This document shows, piece after piece, positions 7,353 to 14,187 of a DNA stretch of 20,769 nt. Below the pieces are notes generated by a model, which was given only the letters and a program-made list of their open reading frames with translations, made no database searches and had not been told where the DNA came from. Numbering within the stretch: position 1 is the stretch's first letter; every line of letters begins with the position of its first letter. A program made the translations under genes and the position numbers. This DNA is from Candidatus Peribacteria bacterium (GTDB lineage Bacteria; Patescibacteriota; Gracilibacteria; Peribacterales; Peribacteraceae): the NCBI GenBank assembly GCA_041691135.1, contig JBEPVF010000019.1, positions 1 to 20,769 on the forward strand, in the 5' to 3' direction.

Positions 7353-8582
7353 TTATCTCTTTGGCCCGAAGAAGGCAACTACGCCAAGCTCCAAGGTAGA
7401 CTGCGCATTCACGAGACGGCTGCCCTTTACGAAATACGGTTGGTCGGAGTCATCGCGGCGGAATTCAAGCCTTGCCAGAAGGCCTTCCGGCATCTTGTAT
7501 TCTCCGGTGAGGGTAAATTCGTTGACATTTTGTACTGTCCCGGTTTCTAAGCCCGACTCATCTTTGAAGTATTCAAAGCGAGGGGTGAAGGCAACTTTGC
7601 TTGTGGCCTGATAATGCAAAGCCGCGGCGATACCCTGCCAATGAGACAGATCGGTAGTTTGATACTGCAGGCTCGAAGCTTCGCTATCGATGACGCCTGC
7701 ATTCCGGTTCTGGCCGTAGTCGTAGTTGATATACGCGCTGACCTTTGGAGTGGGAGTCAGTAACAAGGTGGTATCGAGAAGGTTGCGATATCCCTTGTTG
7801 GTCTTGCTGTTCTCGGGGCCGACATAGTAGTTCGTGCTCAACGTGTACTTCGGCTTGGTGTAGACCCCGGTAAGCCCGATTGTTTTGCCGCTGTTATTGT
7901 CGCTGAAGTTATTCCACCCGTTCACAACCTGAACGCCACCGGTGAAGCTCTTGGTCAGTGGCATAGAGGTGCGAAGTCCGACATGGTAGTAGGGAATCGC
8001 CAGCGAGAACAGCAGAGAACGCGAGTAGTTCCAGTTGTCTTTGGTCTCAATTACTTCTGCGCCAGCCGAGGTCACAAACTCACCGAAGTCAGCCTCAAAA
8101 CCCTTGCCCTTGGTGGGTTTCCAACTCACGAACGCCTGCTCCAGATGCTTGAAGTTAGGTTCGGTGCTCAGGATTTGGTTGAAAGCTTTACCAAACCCAA
8201 GATCGATCCGGAATCCGACGGGATCGGGATCGTGAGACATCGTCAGCTTGGCCATATTCAAGCTAAAGGTATTGGCATCATAGTCAAAGTTGCGAAGCTG
8301 ATTGCCGTTGGTGCTGTCGGGTGGATGATTTGCATTGAAGTTGTAATAGCCATCCACAAGGCCGCTGAAGTCGATTCCGCCAACGCTCCAGACAGATGGT
8401 GCGGAAGCGGCTGGCGCTGCCGCCGGTGCAGCCGCTGGTGCGGTGCTTGTGCTTGGCGCTGCAGCGGGTGGCGATGCGTCCTGTGCCTGGGTGTGCTGCG
8501 TGGTTAGAAGTGCTCCGGCGCAACACGCCAAGGCCGCGATCATGGTTCTCGTAAGTGCAGTCTTCCTCTTTGATTGAGCCAT
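7353..8582 (-). CDS. Outer-membrane beta-barrel porin (putative beta-barrel porin-2/OmpL-like)
   Basis: Signal peptide (..TQA|QD), Pro/Ala linker, FSGLVDGYYNFN, GAEVIETKDNWNYSRS, amphipathic beta-strands, RLEFRRD near the C-terminus. Confidence 0.8.
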   Translation of the reverse strand: MAQSKRKTALTRTMIAALACCAGALLTTQHTQAQDASPPAAAPSTSTAPAAAPAAAPAASAPSVWSVGGIDFSGLVDGYYNFNANHPPDSTNGNQLRNFDYDANTFSLNMAKLTMSHDPDPVGFRIDLGFGKAFNQILSTEPNFKHLEQAFVSWKPTKGKGFEADFGEFVTSAGAEVIETKDNWNYSRSLLFSLAIPYYHVGLRTSMPLTKSFTGGVQVVNGWNNFSDNNSGKTIGLTGVYTKPKYTLSTNYYVGPENSKTNKGYRNLLDTTLLLTPTPKVSAYINYDYGQNRNAGVIDSEASSLQYQTTDLSHWQGIAAALHYQATSKVAFTPRFEYFKDESGLETGTVQNVNEFTLTGEYKMPEGLLARLEFRRDDSDQPYFVKGSRLVNAQSTLELGVVAFFGPKR

Positions 8583-8772
8583 CGTTCGGTGTCCTCTCTC
8601 TTGTTAGGTGCTGTGATGGTAAAGCGCAAATAATAGGAAGTCCGTATGGAAACCGTTAAGAAGTCATAAGCATGCTGGCGCAAATCCCAGCGGTGACTGA
8701 TGGCCCTCATCCTGCCAGAGTGTGAGTCTGAGCAGGTTGCTAAGTGTGTGTAAGTTGGGTATAGCACGCAGA

Positions 8773-8794
8773 TTTCGGCATTCTTTCGGCATTC
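8773..8794. promoter_or_regulatory. Perfect 11-bp direct repeat in the divergent porin/amt promoter region
   Basis: TTTCGGCATTC twice in tandem (8773-8783, 8784-8794). Confidence 0.45.
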
Positions 8795-9077
8795 TTCGCG
8801 AATCAACGCATTCGATATGGCACATCAAAAAAAGCTATCGTGATGGCCGAATACTCTGCCTTTATCCCTGCATCGGTCGCAAAAAATAATGCTGTCCATA
8901 GAAAAAAGTTCTTCTGCGAATGAGCGCTTGATGCTCGGCAACGGGCTGTGTACGGTACAGCTACCGCAACGTAACCAGGGATCGCAAAATCAGGCAGTTG
9001 GGCTCCAGGCGCCTTCCAGGTCTTAGCGATACGTGTCTCAATAGCGTCATCTACTTTCCAGTAAAGGAGTTCTCTGA

Positions 9078-10643
9078 ATGTCACAAACAGTGAACCAGGC
9101 AGTAAGACTATCCTTCCCGCAGAAGATCAGCCGACTCGGCGAACGTCTGCATGAGGCTCAGTGGCGTCGTTACGGCATGGTTATGCTCGCCGGTAAGGTA
9201 CTTGGTGTTGCGGCTGTTATGCTGGTCGCCACCTTTATCACTGAGCTTTGCTTTACTAACGTGTTGGCAGCCGATTCACCCGTAAAGGCAGCTGACATCG
9301 TCAACCCGGTCAACACGATGTGGACGCTGGTTGCCGCCTTCCTCGTTTTCGGAATGCAGGTCGGCTTCACCATGCTTGAGGCTGGCTTCTGTCGATCGCG
9401 AGAGACAGTCAACGTGCTGATGGAGTGCGTCGTCGATACCTGTCTCTGCGGCCTGCTGTTCTATGCCATCGGGTTTGCGTTCATGTTTAGCCATGGCAAC
9501 GGGTTCATCGGCTATCACTGGTTCTTTTTGAAGGACATCCCAGCGACTTACGAGTCGACCGGCGTCAGCTTCCTGGCCTTCTGGATCTTCCAGTTTGCCT
9601 TCGCCGATACCTGCTCCACCATTACCTCTGGAGCCATGATCGGACGTACGGGATTTGTCGGCGATCTGCTCTACAGTCTCGGTGTCTCCGGTTTCATCTA
9701 TCCCATCATTGGCCACTGGGCATGGGGTCCTGACGGCTTTCTCGCGACCATGGGAAGCACTGGTTTCTTTCTTCCCACGCTCGGACAAAGCTTTCACGAC
9801 TTCGCCGGCTCAACCGTCGTTCATACGATTGGCGGCATGGTCGCTCTTGCCGGCGCAATCGTTCTTGGTCCGCGTCTCGGTCGTAAGTTCAAGCGTGACG
9901 GTGGTGGACCCATGCTGCCGCACGACCTTACGATTGCTGCATCGGGTGGTCTGTTGCTTTGGTTTGGCTGGTATGGATTCAATCCTGGTAGCACGCTCTC
10001 AGCCATGGATTTCGAGGGCATCGGCCGGATCTCTGCGAACACCACGCTCGCAGCCTGCGCCGCTGGCCTTACTGCGATGACGTTTGCATACCTCATGAGC
10101 AAAAAGTGGGACATCAGCTTCACGGTCAATGGCTTCCTCGCGGGATTGGTGGCAATTACCTGCCCGTGCTATTGGGTTAGTCCGACCGGATCAATCATCC
10201 TTGGCGGTATCGCTGGCGTTATCGTCGTGCTGGGTGTGGAGCTGCTCGAATGGCTGCGCATCGACGATCCTATCGGCGCCGTTCCGGTTCATGGAATGTG
10301 CGGCATATGGGGTACTCTATCGCTCGGCTTCTTTGCTGTAGGGAAGTACGGTGCTACCGGCCCACTTGCTCCGGACAACAGTGCTCCTCTGAGGGGACTC
10401 TTCTATGGCGGTGGCTTGACGTTGCTCAAGGCGCAGTTCATTGGGAGTGCAATCATCACCGTTTCCACTTTTGCGGTTGCGATGCTGGTCATGTGGCTGG
10501 TGAATCTGACAGGCACGCTGCGCGTCTCCAAGGAGGGAGAGCTCTACGGTATTGATCTGCACGAGCATGGAATCTCCGCTTATCCGGAATACGTCATCAC
10601 GGCCCTTGGCTCACCTTCCGGCATGACCCACACGGAACACTAG
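9078..10643 (+). CDS. amtB: Ammonium transporter (Amt family)
   Basis: DFAGSTVVH and AVPVHG twin-His sites, WFGWYGFNPGS, C-terminal LRVS..E..G.D..EHG..AY, multiple TM helices, AAGGAG RBS. Confidence 0.95.
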   Translation: MSQTVNQAVRLSFPQKISRLGERLHEAQWRRYGMVMLAGKVLGVAAVMLVATFITELCFTNVLAADSPVKAADIVNPVNTMWTLVAAFLVFGMQVGFTMLEAGFCRSRETVNVLMECVVDTCLCGLLFYAIGFAFMFSHGNGFIGYHWFFLKDIPATYESTGVSFLAFWIFQFAFADTCSTITSGAMIGRTGFVGDLLYSLGVSGFIYPIIGHWAWGPDGFLATMGSTGFFLPTLGQSFHDFAGSTVVHTIGGMVALAGAIVLGPRLGRKFKRDGGGPMLPHDLTIAASGGLLLWFGWYGFNPGSTLSAMDFEGIGRISANTTLAACAAGLTAMTFAYLMSKKWDISFTVNGFLAGLVAITCPCYWVSPTGSIILGGIAGVIVVLGVELLEWLRIDDPIGAVPVHGMCGIWGTLSLGFFAVGKYGATGPLAPDNSAPLRGLFYGGGLTLLKAQFIGSAIITVSTFAVAMLVMWLVNLTGTLRVSKEGELYGIDLHEHGISAYPEYVITALGSPSGMTHTEH

Positions 10644-10650
10644 CCTGCGG

Positions 10651-10679
10651 GAGGAATGGCCGAGCGTTGGCCATTCCTC
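10651..10679 (+). terminator. Hairpin between amt and PII (possible partial terminator or stabiliser)
   Basis: 11-bp stem GAGGAATGGCC/GGCCATTCCTC followed by a pyrimidine-rich tail without a clean U-run. Confidence 0.45.
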
Positions 10680-10743
10680 GCGTCTTCCTCTTCCTTTGAA
10701 GGTAAAGCTCACATTCAACCCGATGAATCGATGCGAGGATAGT

Positions 10744-11082
10744 ATGACAAAAATAGAGGCGATTGTAAGGCCAAACAGATTCGACGCGATAAAGGAAGCA
10801 CTCTCGGACCTTGGTGTCGAGGGCATGACGGTAGGCGAAGTTCGCGGACACGGCAGGCAGAAGGGGCATACCGAGACTTATCGTGGTCGAGAGTATGAAG
10901 TCAGTCTGATTCCCAAACTGCGAATTGAAATCGTTGTTGCAGACGAGCGTGTCGAGCCAATCATCGAAGCCATCGTAAAACATGGTGCGACGGGAGAAAT
11001 CGGCGATGGAAAGATATTCCTCTTCAAAGCCGAAGACGCGATTCGCATAAGAAACCAGGAGCGCGGAGAACGGGCCTTGTAG
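10744..11082 (+). CDS. glnK: Nitrogen regulatory PII protein, 112 aa
   Basis: MTKIEAIVRP, RGHGRQKG, T-loop YRGREY (Tyr51), TGEIGDGKIF and RIR. Start at 10744 follows GAGGA. Called glnK because it is linked to amt. Confidence 0.92.
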   Translation: MTKIEAIVRPNRFDAIKEALSDLGVEGMTVGEVRGHGRQKGHTETYRGREYEVSLIPKLRIEIVVADERVEPIIEAIVKHGATGEIGDGKIFLFKAEDAIRIRNQERGERAL

Positions 11083-11104
11083 AAAGCCCCTTTACCTAAA
11101 AGAT

Positions 11105-11141
11105 AAAAGCCCGCATCGAGCGATAAACTCGGCGGGCTTTT
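11105..11141. terminator. Bidirectional intrinsic terminator between PII and LysR
   Basis: AAAAGCCCGC..CGAG/CTCG.GCGGGCTTTT with A and T tails on both sides, between convergent genes. Confidence 0.8.
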
Positions 11142-11166
11142 CTTACGTTTTCAAAATGGGAACGGC

Positions 11167-12078
11167 TTACTCTACCGGAAGCCCAGCAGATCCCGGTCCT
11201 CCGACATCGCGTGTGGCAATCTCCAGAAATGCTTTCGTGGCTCGCGTCATCGATTTCTCCTTGAGATAGACAATTCCCAGGTCCCGCGTCAGGCGCAGCG
11301 ATTCAATCCTTACAATCTCCAGGGTGCCGTGCTTGATCTCGTCCGCGATGTTGGTGCTGGGCAGGAAGCCGATGCCGAGCCCGGCTAAGATGAAGCGCTT
11401 CATAAGCTCTCCGCTCTCTACCTCCATCACGGTCTTGGGCTGAACATCCTGCATTCCGAAGATGTTAAGGATCAGCTCGCGTTGCCGTCCCTGCTTAGGC
11501 AGCAGAAAAGGGAACTTCACAATGTCCTTCACGACGACATTCTTTGCGGAGCGCAACGGATGCTCTTTGGGAACTGCAAGCACCAGCTCATCGCGATGGA
11601 TCGTCTCCACCGCAAAGCGCGAATCTTTCACTGGAAGGGAAACGACTCCGAAATCAATCTCCCGGTTTGCAAGCAGTTCGAGAGTGCGTACTCTCTCTGC
11701 TCGAATAATCTTCAGCGCAACCTTTGGATAATGTTTCTTGAACTCCACGAACACATCCGGCAGAACATACAGGCTGGTGGACTCCTGCGCGCTGATCCCA
11801 ACCTCTCCTCGCGGAGACCTTAGCTGCTCCGCCACCATCATCATCATGTGCCGCTGGCAATCGAGAGCGTGCTCGGCGAACGGCTCAAACACACGACCCG
11901 CCGCAGTAAAGGTAACCTTGCCCCCTTTGCGGTCGAACAGTGTCTCTCCTATCTCGCGCTCCAGCGAGCGAATCTGTGCAGAGACCGCTGGCTGCGTAAT
12001 CCGCAGCTTCTCGGCGGCCTTGGAAAAACTCTTTTGCCGCTGTACCTCGACGAATGTCTTCAGCTGTTCAAAGTCCAT
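11167..12078 (-). CDS. LysR-family transcriptional regulator (CysL/CbbR-like), 303 aa
   Basis: MDFEQLKTF..SFSKAAEKL.ITQPAVSAQIRSLE HTH followed by a substrate-binding domain. Start reassigned to 12078, which has a GGGGGA RBS. Confidence 0.92.
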   Translation of the reverse strand: MDFEQLKTFVEVQRQKSFSKAAEKLRITQPAVSAQIRSLEREIGETLFDRKGGKVTFTAAGRVFEPFAEHALDCQRHMMMMVAEQLRSPRGEVGISAQESTSLYVLPDVFVEFKKHYPKVALKIIRAERVRTLELLANREIDFGVVSLPVKDSRFAVETIHRDELVLAVPKEHPLRSAKNVVVKDIVKFPFLLPKQGRQRELILNIFGMQDVQPKTVMEVESGELMKRFILAGLGIGFLPSTNIADEIKHGTLEIVRIESLRLTRDLGIVYLKEKSMTRATKAFLEIATRDVGGPGSAGLPVE

Positions 12079-12089
12079 GATGAATCCCC

Positions 12090-12629
12090 CTAATCCACCG
12101 TCACCAGCGTAATCTTGGTAACGTTTCTCACCCACCGCATCGGCTTCTTATCGCCGCTCGCTACCAGTTTGATCGATCCATCTTCTCCGAGGCCGCTGCC
12201 ATTCATGGCTGTAGCCACAATCACATCGCCGTTGTGTATCTCGCCTTCAACCTCTGCCGCGGAGTACAGCACAAAGTAATGATCCGTCCCTTCGACACGC
12301 AGGTAACTACGCAGGATGCGCCTCTGTGTCGTCTTGTCCAGCGCCACGCCATACTTCGCCAGCAGATCGCTTAACTCCACTCCGGTATAGCTCTCATCCA
12401 TCTTCGTATGTGGATTGTGGACGGTGACCGTCTTCTGCGGCATCGCCTGCAGATCAGCTACGGAGAGCGTGGTCGCCTTACCTTCTACAACAAGTGTCAG
12501 GCTCGTCGATAGCGCGGCTTTGCCATGGGCATGTTCCGGCATCTCCTGTCCCCGTGCCGGAAACCCGCTCAGACAGGCGCTCAAAACCATCGCCACCGTC
12601 AAATAGCCAGCAAACCGAATTGCTCTCAT
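12090..12629 (-). CDS. Exported protein resembling the oxidoreductase molybdopterin-binding domain
   Basis: N-terminal signal (possible LSAC lipobox). LSVADLQAMP, YTGVELSDLL, GTDHY and MRWVRNVTKI match sulfite-oxidase/MsrP-like small-domain patterns. Confidence 0.65.
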   Translation of the reverse strand: MRAIRFAGYLTVAMVLSACLSGFPARGQEMPEHAHGKAALSTSLTLVVEGKATTLSVADLQAMPQKTVTVHNPHTKMDESYTGVELSDLLAKYGVALDKTTQRRILRSYLRVEGTDHYFVLYSAAEVEGEIHNGDVIVATAMNGSGLGEDGSIKLVASGDKKPMRWVRNVTKITLVTVD

Positions 12630-12635
12630 TAACTC

Positions 12636-12641
12636 ATCCTA
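12636..12641 (-). promoter_or_regulatory. -10 box TAGGAT, 6 nt before the ATG at 12629
   Basis: The - strand reads TAGGAT-GAGTTA-ATG. Confidence 0.4.
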
Positions 12642-12742
12642 TCCTGTACGGTCAAGGACTTCAGACGGACCGACGCAGAAGTTGTAATTTCGGTCGCGAG
12701 CCAGCAGATTTTCTCGTCGAGCAAAGCTCTTCTGACACAAGT

Positions 12743-12748
12743 TATACT
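12743..12748 (+). promoter_or_regulatory. -10 box TATACT, 6 nt before the nuoI ATG (leaderless type)
   Basis: TATACT-GGAAGC-ATG, with no convincing SD. Confidence 0.55.
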
Positions 12749-12754
12749 GGAAGC

Positions 12755-13258
12755 ATGTCCAAAGTACGCGCCGCCGCAGCCATAGCCAAGGGAATGAGCA
12801 TCACCCTCAAGGAGATGTTCCAGCCGACCGAAGTTGAAAACTACCCTGACGGCAAAGGCCCAATGCGAGGGGCCAAGTTTCAAGAGCGTTTCCGCGGCAA
12901 GCACCAGCTTCAGCGCGACGAGAACGGCCTCGAAAAGTGTGTCGCATGTTTTCTCTGCGCGGCAGCTTGCCCGTCGAACTGTATCTATATTGAGGCTGCC
13001 GATAACACCGAGTCCGTCCGCATCTCTTCCGCGGAGCGCTACGCCAAGGTCTACAACATCGACTACAACCGCTGCATCTTCTGCGGCTACTGTGTCGAGG
13101 CTTGCCCGACCGACGCCATCACCCATGGCCACGGCTTCGAGCTTGCCAGCCTCAACGCCACGAATCTGGTCATGCGTAAAGAAGATCTGCTTGTTCCGAC
13201 CCCCAAGCTGCCGGACGCTGTTCGCTCCGAAAAGGACGAAGCCGAAGTGCTTGCCTAG
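12755..13258 (+). CDS. nuoI: NADH-quinone oxidoreductase subunit I, 167 aa
   Basis: ERFRGKH, CVACFLCAAACP, YNIDYNRCIFCGYCVEACPTDAI and KEDLL. Start reassigned to ATG at 12755. Confidence 0.9.
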   Translation: MSKVRAAAAIAKGMSITLKEMFQPTEVENYPDGKGPMRGAKFQERFRGKHQLQRDENGLEKCVACFLCAAACPSNCIYIEAADNTESVRISSAERYAKVYNIDYNRCIFCGYCVEACPTDAITHGHGFELASLNATNLVMRKEDLLVPTPKLPDAVRSEKDEAEVLA

Positions 13259-13296
13259 ATAGCGTCAGCAATTAAATACGAAAGCATTGTTTATGA

Positions 13297-13342
13297 AAGA
13301 GTTAGGCCCAACATCCCTCGTTGGGCCTAACTCTTGTTTGTT
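13297..13342 (+). terminator. Hairpin terminator after nuoI, part of a dispersed repeat
   Basis: Perfect 16-bp stem AAGAGTTAGGCCCAAC/GTTGGGCCTAACTCTT with a 7-nt loop, followed by GTTTGTT. Confidence 0.75.
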
Positions 13343-13444
13343 GGAAGGTATGTTGCAGCGCTGGGGTGGCGGGACAGCAATTAGTCCGTAGAAGAAGACG
13401 CACGGCTACAATAGCAATAGGGGCAAGAACAAAGCAAAGCAATC

Positions 13445-13819
13445 ATGGACCCACTCACAGACAATAAACAAGCGATTCTTCACATCTGTCGGCGCGAGAT
13501 GCTACGTCCGTTACGCGATCAAATTCTTCGCATCTCGGGTTTCGATGTAGATTCCACTCTCAGCCATACCGAGGGGATGTCCATGTTCTGGGCGCGGCCT
13601 TACGATCTTGTCCTGATCGATGTTGAAGGGGAATCGGGAATTGCCGAAGCGGAACATCTGTGCTCTGAGATCAAGACCGCTCAGCGTGGCCAGTTGATCG
13701 CCTTCGTCTGCAACTGGCGCGTCGCCATTCTTACCGACTGCCCCGACGAGATCGTTCGCACGGAGTTCGATCCTGCAGCCTTTGTCGAAGGTGTCCGTGA
13801 CATCGTTCCAAAGCATTAG
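13445..13819 (+). CDS. Stand-alone atypical CheY-like receiver-domain protein
   Basis: beta/alpha pattern ILHI..LRDQILRISGFDV..YDLVLID. The acidic pocket is replaced by CRR. Confidence 0.7.
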   Translation: MDPLTDNKQAILHICRREMLRPLRDQILRISGFDVDSTLSHTEGMSMFWARPYDLVLIDVEGESGIAEAEHLCSEIKTAQRGQLIAFVCNWRVAILTDCPDEIVRTEFDPAAFVEGVRDIVPKH

Positions 13820-13961
13820 CTGTGCCAACTCGCATCGTAGGCACGCAAGAAAATGCAGACGCAGCTTGATGAAACGCATCTAGTTACCAGCAGACATACT
13901 TGCAGCAGCACTCGTGTTGTGCTAAAAGTTAACTATTCCAGTTTGCTTTCGGGCAAATTTG

Positions 13962-14069
13962 AATTTCATGCAGAGTGGTTGAGGGACGAGCCCTGTGACA
14001 CCACGACAACCGGACAGAACAAAGGCGTACCGGTGTCAACTCTCTCCTGGAAACAGGGAACATGAGATT
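13962..14069 (+). ncRNA. SAM-I (S-box) riboswitch
   Basis: P1 AATTTCATG/CATGAGATT; AGAG..GAGGGA..GCCC..GA kink-turn P2; P3 GACAACC/GGTGTC; P4 CCTG-GAAA-CAGG. Order and spacing match the SAM-I consensus. Confidence 0.88.
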
Positions 14070-14187
14070 AGGAGCACGCAGCCAAAATGTTAGGTTGCAC
14101 CCCATTTCACCTTCCTGGGCCGTTCGCGGCATCCCCAAAAAGAGAGCACGTCGCAGGTTCTAAACTCCTCCTCTCGGAGAGAGCGTA

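Noticed and set aside
8818-8970. Sigma54 candidates upstream of amt (TGGCAC at 8818, TGGCCG at 8843, CGGTACAG near 8953)
   Set aside because: The first two have the wrong spacing. The third has the spacing but a poor consensus match.
8540-9084. 88-aa and 93-aa ORFs in the porin/amt intergenic region
   Set aside because: No recognisable motifs, they overlap neighbouring gene starts, and the region looks regulatory.
12494-12754. ORF-track N-terminal extensions (nuoI here; likewise hydA, glnA, PII, LysR, the sulfur carrier, clpX and lon)
   Set aside because: They overlap neighbouring genes or promoters. Downstream ATGs have better RBS or -10 context and match family N-termini.
13853-14138. 70-aa and 69-aa ORFs upstream of thrC
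   Set aside because: They overlap the SAM-I riboswitch, which explains the sequence.
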